From NCBI GenBank assembly GCA_050246115.1, contig JBFWWP010000004.1:98521-162520 (forward strand): a stretch of 64,000 nt of DNA, given 5' to 3'. The notes beneath the pieces were generated by a model. It saw only the letters and a program-made list of their open reading frames with translations. It made no database searches and was not told the origin of the DNA. The stretch comes from Planctomycetota bacterium. Lineage in GTDB: Bacteria > Planctomycetota > UBA8108 > UBA1146 > JAJFFE01. This document shows positions 37,348 through 48,832 of this stretch, one piece after another. Numbering within the stretch: position 1 is the first letter of the stretch; each line of letters opens with the position of its first letter. Position numbers and translations under genes: made by a program.

Positions 37348-38667
37348 TCAATGGGGCTCTCGCAAGGCCCCCTCGGAGCCGCGACCAAGGAGTCGAGCGA
37401 GGATCGCGCCGGCGGTGACGTTCGCTGCGCCGCGGTGGCGCGCCAGGGTCTCCCGGCCACGGCGAACCCGATCGGCGCGCTCCGCGGGGCTCGCGAGGAG
37501 CTGCGCCACGGTATGCGCGAGTCCAGCCGCGTCGACCACTTCTTCGACCGCCCCGCTTGCGCGCAAGCGGTCGACGATCTCCTGGAAGTTGGCCATCGCC
37601 GGGCCATGCAGGGTCGCCGTGCCCGCGAGAAATGGCTCGAGTACGTTGTGACCACCCCGCGGAACCAGGCTGCCGCCCACGAAGGCGACGTCGGCGCACG
37701 CGTAGTGTTGGAGCAGGACTCCGGTCTGGTCGACGACGACCACCTGCGGTGCACGGGGAGACGCCGGCGGCGCGATCGATGAACGACCGACCGTGAAGCC
37801 GCGGGTCTCGGCGAGGGCGGCGACCTCCGCGGCGCGCTCGACATGGCGCGGCGCCAGAATCAGCGTCAGTTCGGGGTGCGCGCCGAGCAGTTCGCGGTGG
37901 ACGCCGAGCACCAGATCCTCTTCGCCGGGATGCGTGCAGCCCGCGATCCAGCGCAGGGCCGCCGGGTAGCTCCACGTGCGCTCGAACTCCCGCCGGCAGG
38001 CCGCGGGCTCCGGAAGTTCGTCGCGGTCGTACTTCAGGTTGCCGACCTCCTGAATGCGCGTCGGCTCGACCCCCAAGTCGCGCAGCCGCTCCCCGTACTC
38101 GGCGTTCTGCACCAACCACCGGTCCACTCGCCGCAGGAACGGCGCGAACGCAAACCGGACCCGCCGCATGCGGCGGTGGCCGCGAGACGAAACCCGACCA
38201 TTCACGACCAAGATGGGTACGCCGCGCTGCTCGCAGAGCAGCACCAGGTTCGGCCACAACTCCAACTCGACCAGCACCAGCAGCGTCGGTGACAGACGCT
38301 GCAGCGCACGTCGTACGCAGAAGCCCAGATCGATCGGCAGCAAGAACACGGTGAGGTCGGGACGGCGCGACCGGGCCAGACGTTGGGCCGTCATGGTGGT
38401 GGTCGACAACACCATGTCGAATGCCGGGCGTGCGGCCTCGAGGCGAGCGATCAAAGACAGCGCTACCTCGAGCTCGCCGACGCTGACGGCGTGCAACCAC
38501 AACCGTGGCCGATCCGGGGCCAGTCGTGGACTCGCCCCCAGGCGCTCCCGCCACGAACCCAGACCACGCCGCTTGGCGAGCACCAGGAACAACAACCAGG
38601 GACCGAGAACGAGCAGGGCGAGGCAGTAGCCCAGGTCGAGCGCTGCGCTGATGAGTCGGTTACGCAT
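37348..38667 (-). CDS. waaA: 3-deoxy-D-manno-octulosonic acid (Kdo) transferase
   Basis: 'LWLHAVSVGELEVA' N-terminal signature of KdtA/WaaA. Glycosyltransferase GT-B C-terminal half. Trimmed to Met12 (38667). Confidence 0.8.
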   Translation of the reverse strand: MRNRLISAALDLGYCLALLVLGPWLLFLVLAKRRGLGSWRERLGASPRLAPDRPRLWLHAVSVGELEVALSLIARLEAARPAFDMVLSTTTMTAQRLARSRRPDLTVFLLPIDLGFCVRRALQRLSPTLLVLVELELWPNLVLLCEQRGVPILVVNGRVSSRGHRRMRRVRFAFAPFLRRVDRWLVQNAEYGERLRDLGVEPTRIQEVGNLKYDRDELPEPAACRREFERTWSYPAALRWIAGCTHPGEEDLVLGVHRELLGAHPELTLILAPRHVERAAEVAALAETRGFTVGRSSIAPPASPRAPQVVVVDQTGVLLQHYACADVAFVGGSLVPRGGHNVLEPFLAGTATLHGPAMANFQEIVDRLRASGAVEEVVDAAGLAHTVAQLLASPAERADRVRRGRETLARHRGAANVTAGAILARLLGRGSEGALREPH

Positions 38668-38766
38668 CGGAACGCCGGCACGGGCAGGGCCCGCGAGCAA
38701 CCCTCCCCGGGCCGGCGTCGGGTGGCGGCCACGGATCCCGGCGCCTCGCCGAGCGAGGCGCGACCG

Positions 38767-41388
<2,622 letters not shown>

Positions 41389-41621
41389 GGCGGGTCCTGG
41401 ATTCCTGTCGTACTTCGTGAGGTCGCGGTCCGGCTGGCAAGAAGGCCATCGAACCGCACTGGGGGCGCAAGACGGCCCTCGATCTCGCGCGACTCACCGC
41501 GCTGGCAAACTGACCTGGATCGACGCCACCGCCGTCGTTCCGGCGTGGCCGCCGAAAAAAGGACAAGCGGCCAAGGTAACGGGGAGGGCCGAGCGTTGCC
41601 AGTCGGAGTGTCGGAGCCGGC

Positions 41622-42701
41622 TCACCCGTCGGGCTGGAATGTCCCGACCAGATCGGCGACCCGGAAAATGCCCTCCTCGGCCAGCCAAGTCCGAATCTGC
41701 TCCAGCCATTGCGGCAGACAGGCTGGCTCGCGGTACAAATGCGTTCCCACCTGAACGGCGTGCGCGCCCGCAACCATGAACTCGAGCACGTGCTCCGGGG
41801 CGGTGACGCCGCCGATGCCACAGACGGGGATCTTCACGGCCGTGCTCGCCTCCCACACCATGCGCAGCGCAATGGGGCGGATCGCCGGCCCGGACAGCCC
41901 CCCGGTTGCACGCCCGATGCGCGAGCGGCGGGTCCGCCAGTCGAGCGCCATGGCGCGCAGCGTGTTGATGAGGGACAGCGCGTCGGCGCCACCGTCCTCG
42001 GCTGCGCGCGCCTGCTCCGCGATGTCGGTGACGTTCGGCGTAAGCTTGGCGATCAGCGGCAACCCGGTGCACGGTCGCACCGCCTCGAGGAGCTGGCGCG
42101 TCGCGCGCGGGTCGAGCCCAAAGCGCAGCCCCGCCGTGACGTTTGGACAAGAAACGTTCAACTCCAGGGCGTGGACGGCGGGCTCGGCATCGAGGCGCTC
42201 GGCGAGGTAGCTATAGTCCTCGATCCGGTTGCCGACGATGTTGACGACCACCGGAGCCCCGTAGGCGGCGAGCCGCGGGAGGTACTCGGCGAGGAAGCGC
42301 TCGAGGCCGGGGTTCTGGAGACCAATGGAGTTGAGCAGCCCGGCTGGGGTCTCCACGGTGCGCTGCGGCGGGTTGCCCGGCCGCGGCTCGCGCGAAATGC
42401 TCTTCCCGACGACCGCAGCGAAAGTGCCCGGCGGCACGAACGGCTCGAACTCACGCCCGTATCCAAAAGTTCCGCTCGCCGGCAGGATCGGGTGCGCCAG
42501 CTGGAGCGAACGGTTCGGCCCGTCGATCCGGATCGACAAGTCGACGGTTGGGCCCGCGCTCCCTGGCGCCTCGGCGCGGCCGAGCTCGGACCGCTCACCG
42601 GTCAGAACGACTCTTCCTTCCGCTGGCAATCCACGCAGAACGGAGCCCACGGAATCGCCTTCAGCCGCGCCTTGGGAATGGGCTTCTCGCACATGTCGCA
42701 C
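41622..42701 (-). CDS. pyrD: Dihydroorotate dehydrogenase, class 1 catalytic subunit
   Basis: 'ILPASGTFGYGREF', 'NSIGLQNPGLE', 'LELNVSCPNV', 'GGLSGPAIRPIAL', 'VCGIGGV'. Homology begins around residue ~55 of the track ORF, so the annotated GTG 42701 start is probably too far upstream; it would overlap the dksA-like gene by 100 bp. Confidence 0.85.
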   Translation of the reverse strand: MRHVREAHSQGAAEGDSVGSVLRGLPAEGRVVLTGERSELGRAEAPGSAGPTVDLSIRIDGPNRSLQLAHPILPASGTFGYGREFEPFVPPGTFAAVVGKSISREPRPGNPPQRTVETPAGLLNSIGLQNPGLERFLAEYLPRLAAYGAPVVVNIVGNRIEDYSYLAERLDAEPAVHALELNVSCPNVTAGLRFGLDPRATRQLLEAVRPCTGLPLIAKLTPNVTDIAEQARAAEDGGADALSLINTLRAMALDWRTRRSRIGRATGGLSGPAIRPIALRMVWEASTAVKIPVCGIGGVTAPEHVLEFMVAGAHAVQVGTHLYREPACLPQWLEQIRTWLAEEGIFRVADLVGTFQPDG

Positions 42702-42961
42702 ACCCCGAACGACCCCTCTTGGAGCCGACCCAGGGCGGCGTCGATCTTCTGGATGACATTCCCTTCGCTCTCGAGCAAGCTGAGCGAGAGATCGGCCTCG
42801 TAGGTCTCGGCGCCGAGGTCGGCGCTATCCCCGCCGGAGCCGCTGCCGCCGATGTCACCGACCCCCTGCTCGAGGTCCTGCATGTTGCCGGTGAGGAAGT
42901 GCCGCTTCTGCAAGAGGAGGGAGCTGAACTCGTCGATTTCCTTCTTGGTCATTTTCTTCAT
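42602..42961 (-). CDS. DksA/TraR-family C4 zinc-finger protein
   Basis: Trimmed to 'MKKMTKKEIDEF'. C-terminal 'CDMCEKPIPKARLKAIPWAPFCVDCQ'. Confidence 0.7.
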   Translation of the reverse strand: MKKMTKKEIDEFSSLLLQKRHFLTGNMQDLEQGVGDIGGSGSGGDSADLGAETYEADLSLSLLESEGNVIQKIDAALGRLQEGSFGVCDMCEKPIPKARLKAIPWAPFCVDCQRKEESF

Positions 42962-43255
42962 AGCGAATTCTCGGAGCTTTCTCTGCGGGGGGATCAAAAG
43001 GCCTGCGAAATGCCGCACCTCGAGGCACGCAAGCCAGGGCGAAGACGCCCGGGAGACGACTCACCGGACGAATCTCGCGGGTTGGCGCCAGTCGAGCCGA
43101 TCCGGGATTGCGCATCTGCGCGTCCGCCCTGCACTATATCTTCCAGCAAGGGCTAGAGTTAAGATAACCGCTATCGACTCTTACGACTTCAGGGGAGGAA
43201 TTCTAGGGACCATGTTGGGGCAGATCAACAACGATTTCCCGTTCGTGAGCACGCC

Positions 43256-44167
43256 ATGACGGCCGAGCGTCCCGGCTCCTCGACCCAACCCGAGTCCCGC
43301 TGGATCGTCGAGTTCCTGGACTATGCCACCGTCGAGGCCGGGCTCTCGGACCTCACTCTGGAGGCCTATCGCCGCGATTTGCGCGCGCTGAACGCTTTCC
43401 TCGGCAGCCGGGGCGTCGACCTCGGCGCTGCCGATCGCCACGCCTTGCGAGACTTCGTCGAGAGCCACTCGGCCGACCTCAGCGTGGCGACGCTCCGACG
43501 CCGAATCTCGTCCGTTCGCACCTTCTACCGGTTCTTGTCGAGTGAGGGTCGAGTCGCCCGGAACCCGGCGGAGGACCTGATGTTGCCCAAGACGTGGGCA
43601 CGTCTGCCGATCGTGCTGTCGACGAAACAAGTGTTTGCGCTACTCGAAGCTCCGTCCCCGGCCACCACCAAGACCCCGCTGCGCGACCGGGCCATCCTCG
43701 AACTGTTGTACGGTTGCGGCCTGCGGGTGTCGGAACTCTGCGACCTGGAGCTGCGAGACGTACGTTCCGTAGACGGCTTCTTGAGGTGCCGCGGCAAGGG
43801 CCGCAAGCAGCGCCTCGTGCCCATCGGGGCCAAAGCCGTCGCGGCCTTGGGCGCCTACTTGGAGCGGGAGCGCCCGCGAAACCCCGGGCAGGATTTCGCG
43901 CTCCTGTCGATCCGCGGGCGCCGGCTGGGGCGCGAGCTGATCTTTCGCCTGTTGCGGAAGTACGCCGGACTGGCGGGTCTCGCGGGGTCAGTCTCGCCTC
44001 ACACGCTGCGGCACAGTTACGCAACCCACCTCCTCGAAGGAGGCGCCGGCCTGCGGGAAGTCCAGGAGCTGCTCGGCCACGCCGACATTCGCACGACCGA
44101 GATCTACACGCACGTGGATCGTCACGAACTCAAGAGCCTGCACCGGAAGTACCACCCACGGGGGTAA
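43256..44167 (+). CDS. xerD: Site-specific tyrosine recombinase XerD/XerC
   Basis: 'LRDRAILELLYGCGLRVSEL', 'HTLRHSYATHLLEGGAGLREVQELLGHADIRTTEIYTHV'. Confidence 0.9.
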   Translation: MTAERPGSSTQPESRWIVEFLDYATVEAGLSDLTLEAYRRDLRALNAFLGSRGVDLGAADRHALRDFVESHSADLSVATLRRRISSVRTFYRFLSSEGRVARNPAEDLMLPKTWARLPIVLSTKQVFALLEAPSPATTKTPLRDRAILELLYGCGLRVSELCDLELRDVRSVDGFLRCRGKGRKQRLVPIGAKAVAALGAYLERERPRNPGQDFALLSIRGRRLGRELIFRLLRKYAGLAGLAGSVSPHTLRHSYATHLLEGGAGLREVQELLGHADIRTTEIYTHVDRHELKSLHRKYHPRG

Positions 44168-44244
44168 ACGGTACACCTGGAGTCACGCGGTCGTCCGCGC
44201 ACCTCGCCCTCGGCGAAACGGGATCGGGATCGGTGTTCGCCGGT

Positions 44245-45171
44245 TCAGTACATGCGCTGAGCGTCGGGAACCAGCTCGTAGGCGAGGACCGTGAACCCGA
44301 GCCGAACGTAATCGCCCGAGCGCAAGAGTGCTCGGCTCACCTTCTGGCCGTTCACGACCGTGCCGTTGGCCGAGTTGAGGTCGAGGATCACGTGGCCACC
44401 CTCCACGGCTTCGATTCGCGTGTGGTGGCGCGAGACTTTGCCGTCGTTGAGGACCAGCCCACAGTCGAGCGCGCGCCCAATGAGGAGGGTGGGGCAACCC
44501 GCGAGATCGACGCTTCTGCCCACGTCGCGCGGGTCGCCGTCGATGATGATCAAGCCACAACGCTGGCCGGCCGCGGCCGGGACGGGTTGGGGGGGCGTTG
44601 CGCGCGGGCGCGCCTCGACGTGTGCAGGACTCGTCGCGACGGCGCCCGGCGTCCCTCGGTGCACGGCTGGGTGGTGCGCTCCGGGAGGAGCGGCGTAGCC
44701 GAAGGCCGGCGCCGCCGCGCCGCCGACGGGCGCCATGGGTGGCGGATCGGCCGGCGTCAGCTCGTGCACCTCGGCGTCGGGCACCATCAGGCAGGCCGGG
44801 GTGACGACCGACGATGGAGCGTCCATCCGCACGGGTGCCGGCGCGGGCTTGGCCCCCTTCGGAGTCGGCGGCGAGAACGTGAACTGGAACTCGGTGGTTC
44901 CGAGCCGAATGATCTCGCCCCCCGCGAGCTCACGCTTCTCGACCGGGATGTCGTTGATCGAGCTTCCCTGCTCGGTGTTCAAGTCGAAGAAGGTCCAGAC
45001 CTCGCCCTTGCGATAGATCCGAGCGTGGTGTGACGCGACCCCGGTGTCCTCCAGCACGATCTGACAACCGCTTCCGCGTCCCAGATCGAACACCGAAAGA
45101 TCCTTGAGGACGTAGACCCTGCCCGATTGGGGACCTGACATGAATCTGAGGTAGGCCTTGTCTCTCGACAC
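44245..45171 (-). CDS. Protein with two FHA domains separated by a Pro/Ala-rich linker
   Basis: FHA1 'FDLGRGSGCQIVLEDTGVASHHARIYRKGEVWTFFDLNTEQGSSIND'. FHA2 'LLIGRALDCGLVLNDGKVSRHHTRIEAVEGGHVILDLNSANGTVVNG'. Confidence 0.8.
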   Translation of the reverse strand: MSRDKAYLRFMSGPQSGRVYVLKDLSVFDLGRGSGCQIVLEDTGVASHHARIYRKGEVWTFFDLNTEQGSSINDIPVEKRELAGGEIIRLGTTEFQFTFSPPTPKGAKPAPAPVRMDAPSSVVTPACLMVPDAEVHELTPADPPPMAPVGGAAAPAFGYAAPPGAHHPAVHRGTPGAVATSPAHVEARPRATPPQPVPAAAGQRCGLIIIDGDPRDVGRSVDLAGCPTLLIGRALDCGLVLNDGKVSRHHTRIEAVEGGHVILDLNSANGTVVNGQKVSRALLRSGDYVRLGFTVLAYELVPDAQRMY

Positions 45172-45434
45172 CTTCGCCGCGCGCCCTTTCCTGGGGCAAC
45201 GAGATCCGAGTCACGCTGCGGATCTCTGCCTCCAGAAGATTAGCCCGGCGGCCCGAACGCTTCAAATCGACGCCCCCGGAACGTCTTCACAAGTCCAGGG
45301 GAAAGAAAGGACTTAGATGCGTTCGCGGCAGGCGTCTCGAACCCCTGACCCGGCTCTCCGGAGGCCGCTCCGGGCGAGGTGCCAGGAGGACCCGCCGTAT
45401 CCCCGAGGGGGACGACCGGCGTCGGATCGATTGC

Positions 45435-46691
45435 CTACGGACAGGCGAGGTACGGCGCGGTCGGGTCGGTTCCCGGGGAAGGAAATGGTGCGGCCGGCGG
45501 CACTCCCTCGAGAAACAGGTAGGTGCCGAGGCTCACCGCGTCCGAGATCTGGACCTTGGCGTTGTCATCGACATCGAGCGCGGCGACACAGGGAGGTGAC
45601 GGCATGGCTCCGGTCGCGACGAGCGCTAGCACGACGAGGTCGGAGAGGTCGAGGTGGAGATCGTCGTTCGCGTCCCCCCGCAAGAAGGGGCGCTGGGGAA
45701 TGATCTCGATCACACCGTTCATGAGGAGCGGGCTCACCGACTGCAGATCGATCACGAAGACGTTCTGCACCGGCGGAGTCCCGAAGCCGTCCTCGAGAGT
45801 CACCGCGACCTCGCTCACGGCGATCGCTTCCGGTCGAACCGCGACGACCAGTTGGGCGATGGTCTGAGCCTGTCCGATCGGCGGGATCGACTGGGAATCG
45901 AACGGCGGTAGCAGGTCGAGCAGGATCCCCACCACGAAAGTGCCGAGGGCGTTGTCGATGTTGGCTTCGAAGAACTCCGCGCCCACCGCTTCGGTGATGG
46001 TGCCGTCGATGGTCACGTCTTGACCGATCACGTACGCGGTGTCGAACGCTCCCGAAATCGAGAGTCCTTGAAGATCGTCGGTGTTCACGGCCATGAGCGG
46101 CACCCGGTGACCCTCGACGCCGATTCCGGCCACGGAGTCTCCAACGAAGAGGATGTTTTCATCCGTAACTTCGATCGATCCGTTCGCCACGGCCGCGGGG
46201 ATCTCGACTCCCGCAGCGAGAGCCATGTTGGGCAGGTCACCGGGCGTCGTGCGAAAGTCGACGAACACCAGCGTGCCTGGACTGAGGCCGTTCTCGATCT
46301 CCAGCCTGAGGGTGGCAACCCCCTGGTCCACGCCAACCGGGATCAGGTCGTCGAACGGCGCCAGACTGTCGAGCAGGGAGGTCACGTCGACATGCCCGGC
46401 GCTCGGGTCCACCATGATCCACTGAATCTCCGGGTCGACGCCTGCCAGAACGTCCGCGAGTTCGAAGCCAACGTAGTTCGCCTTGAACGCGTCGTAAGCC
46501 ATCGCGACCTGAAACCCATGGAGCGGGGTCACCGTCGTTACGGTGAGGGGAACCGCGGCGATCGCACCCGGGTAGGTCGTGACTTCCCCGAGTCGAAACT
46601 CGAGGTCTTGTGCACCCACGAAAGCGGGCAGCACACAAGAAACCACGAAGACGGTGCGTGGAACGAGCAGACGCAGTCCTTGGGTGGGCAT
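45435..46691 (-). CDS. Scaffoldin-like secreted protein: signal peptide + two cohesin-like domains + C-terminal dockerin module
   Basis: Trimmed to the ATG at 46691 ('MPTQGLRLLVPRTVFVVSCVLPAFVGAQ'). Domain 1: '...GAIAAVPLTVTTVTPLHGFQVAMAYDAFKANYVGFEL...LVFVDFRTTPGDLPNMALAAGVEIPAAVANGSIEVT'. Domain 2: '...GHRVPLMAVNTDDLQGLSISGAFDTAYVIG...VFVIDLQSVSPLLMNGVIEI'. Then 'RGDANDDLHLDLSDLVVLALVATGAMPSPPCVAALDVDDNAKVQISDAVSLGTYLFLEGVPPAAPFPSPGTDPTAPYLACP'. Confidence 0.65.
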   Translation of the reverse strand: MPTQGLRLLVPRTVFVVSCVLPAFVGAQDLEFRLGEVTTYPGAIAAVPLTVTTVTPLHGFQVAMAYDAFKANYVGFELADVLAGVDPEIQWIMVDPSAGHVDVTSLLDSLAPFDDLIPVGVDQGVATLRLEIENGLSPGTLVFVDFRTTPGDLPNMALAAGVEIPAAVANGSIEVTDENILFVGDSVAGIGVEGHRVPLMAVNTDDLQGLSISGAFDTAYVIGQDVTIDGTITEAVGAEFFEANIDNALGTFVVGILLDLLPPFDSQSIPPIGQAQTIAQLVVAVRPEAIAVSEVAVTLEDGFGTPPVQNVFVIDLQSVSPLLMNGVIEIIPQRPFLRGDANDDLHLDLSDLVVLALVATGAMPSPPCVAALDVDDNAKVQISDAVSLGTYLFLEGVPPAAPFPSPGTDPTAPYLACP

Positions 46692-47440
46692 TGATTGGAG
46701 TCTCCGCTGGGCACTTGGATCCTCCGGGGAAAGCAGTCTCGGTTCAACCGGAGGGGTGGTGCGAGGTCGTTGGGACCGAAGGTCGCGCAAGCGCCCGATC
46801 ATACTGCCGATGCGGGGCCGCGCCAACGTCCTGGACGAATTGACGGTCGGAGGCTCCCGAAGCCGAAGCAGTACGTCGGTCTCGCGCGGCAGCGATGGGG
46901 TGGGTAAGGGACGGAAGCAGAGTGACCGAGGCAGGCGGACCGGAACCAAAAATGGGGGAAGCCCACGAACTCCGGAAGCCCAATCAATGCCCGCCGATGT
47001 GGACCTCTTCGTGACTTCCCCCCCAAGAAAACAGTGCTCCGTTAGCAAGCCAACATCCACATCGGAAGACTATTCATAAGCCAAACTTTGAACTTCTCTT
47101 AGGAACACATCCCGAAATCATCAGAGTCCCCGACGACTCAAATCCGAGCACACGGACCCAGGGATCTCCCTGATGTCGCCGGTGAGGCGCGGACAGGAAA
47201 TCTCCAAGACCTGAAATATTCAGTGCTTAATCGTCGCATACTCAATGCGACGAGACGCGTCGAAACACGACAAGCGACGCCGTTTGGCCCCGGGAAACGA
47301 AGTGAACGGTGCGCTGATTCGTGGCACCGGGTCCCGGACGGGTACGAAATGGACGCGGGTAAGCCACCGTCGGTAGGCGGCCCTTCGGAGGCCCCTGCGG
47401 GAGAATCGGGCTCGACGCCGATGGGGTAAGCGTCGGCCGG

Positions 47441-48832
47441 TCAGGCTTGGATCCGGTACTTGTGCATCAGCCGGTAGAGCCGATTCCGGTCGATCCCGAG
47501 GAGGTCGGCAGCCCGCGTCTTCACCCCGCCAGCAACCTGGAGCGCTCGCATCAGATGGCTTCTGACAATGCTGTCGAGCCGCGGGAACGCTCGCCCGCTG
47601 TCCGAATCCGGAGTTTGAGCCCGAGCCAGGAGATCCGCGGGCAGATCGTCGCGCAGGATCTCGGTCGCGCTCTTGCCGAGGGCGAACGCGCGTTCGATGG
47701 CGTTCTGCAGCTCCCGCACGTTTCCCGGCCAATCGTAGCTCTGAAAAACATCCATCGCCTCGGGGCTGACTCGCTTCGGCGGCACGCGATAAGACTTGGC
47801 GGTGCGGGCCACGAAGTGCTCCACCAGCGCTGGGACATCGTCCACGCGATCCCGCAGCGGCGGGACCTGGATGTTGACGACGTTGATCCGATAGTAGAGG
47901 TCCGCCCTGAACTTGCCCTCCTGGACCAGCTTCGCGATCGGTTGGTTGGTCGCGGTGATGACCCGGGCGCGAATCGGCACGGGCTGGGTCGCCCCCAGCG
48001 GAGTGACCTCTTGCTCCTGGATCGCACGGAGCAACTTGACCTGCAGGTCGAGGTCCAGCTCGGTGATCTCGTCCAGGAACAGGGTCCCCGCTTTGGCCGC
48101 AACGAACACTCCTTCGTGGTCACTGAACGCCCCGGTGAACGTGCCGCGCTTGAAACCGAACAGCTGGCTCTCGAGCAAGCTGCGAGCGAAGGCACCACAG
48201 TTCACGGCCATGTAGGGTCGATCGGCAGCAGCGCTACCGTTGAGACCTTCGGCCTTCAACCCCGCCGTGTGAATCGCACGAGCGATGAGTTCCTTGCCCG
48301 TGCCGGGTTCGCCTTGGATCAGGATGCGTGAGGGCGTCACCGCGACGCGTGCGATCATCTGGAAGATCTCGCGCATCCCGGGGTTGGTTCCGATGATCTC
48401 GCCGTAGCGCCCGTCTTTGACGACCGCAGAGGCGAATTCGGAGTTCTCCGTCCGGAGACCAGCGACCCGGAGCCCCTTGGCGACGCCAACGAGTAGCTCC
48501 GACGGGTGCAGCGGCTTGAGCAAGTAGTCGGAAGCGCCCGCCGCCATCGCCTTCACGGCCGAGCGGACATCCGCATCTGCGGTGAGCACGATGATCGGCA
48601 CGTTCGGCCACGACCGACTCACCTGTTCGATCAGACCGCTGCCACTCGCGGATACGTTCAGGTCGGCGATGACGAGGTCGACGCGTCGCAATTCGAGGCG
48701 TTCGAGCGCTTCCGTTCCGGTGCGGACGGTATCGACGAGATACCCTTCGCGCTCGAGCAGGTCCCGGAAGGTCTCGAGGATGACGGGATCGTCGTCGACG
48801 ATCAGAATGCGGCCCGCTTCGGCTCGGATCAT
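47441..48832 (-). CDS. Sigma-54-dependent response regulator (NtrC family: REC + AAA+ sigma-54 activator + HTH)
   Basis: 'ILIVDDDPVI...DLVIADLNV' REC domain. 'GEPGTGKELIARAIH', 'GAFTGA', 'LYYRINVVNIQVPPLRDR'. C-terminal HTH 'AADLLGIDRNRLYRLMHKY'. Confidence 0.93.
   Translation of the reverse strand: MIRAEAGRILIVDDDPVILETFRDLLEREGYLVDTVRTGTEALERLELRRVDLVIADLNVSASGSGLIEQVSRSWPNVPIIVLTADADVRSAVKAMAAGASDYLLKPLHPSELLVGVAKGLRVAGLRTENSEFASAVVKDGRYGEIIGTNPGMREIFQMIARVAVTPSRILIQGEPGTGKELIARAIHTAGLKAEGLNGSAAADRPYMAVNCGAFARSLLESQLFGFKRGTFTGAFSDHEGVFVAAKAGTLFLDEITELDLDLQVKLLRAIQEQEVTPLGATQPVPIRARVITATNQPIAKLVQEGKFRADLYYRINVVNIQVPPLRDRVDDVPALVEHFVARTAKSYRVPPKRVSPEAMDVFQSYDWPGNVRELQNAIERAFALGKSATEILRDDLPADLLARAQTPDSDSGRAFPRLDSIVRSHLMRALQVAGGVKTRAADLLGIDRNRLYRLMHKYRIQA

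Noticed and set aside
36848-38554. 568-aa minus-strand ORF and 35362-37272 plus-strand 636-aa ORF
   Set aside because: Both are extremely Arg/Pro/Gly-rich, overlap metK and waaA in other frames, and have no motifs. They are high-GC artefacts.
47318-47350. TGGCAC motif ('gattcgTGGCACcgggtcccgg') as a sigma-54 -24 element
   Set aside because: No TTGC(W) -12 element at the right spacing, and it lies on the plus strand pointing into the antisense of the regulator gene.
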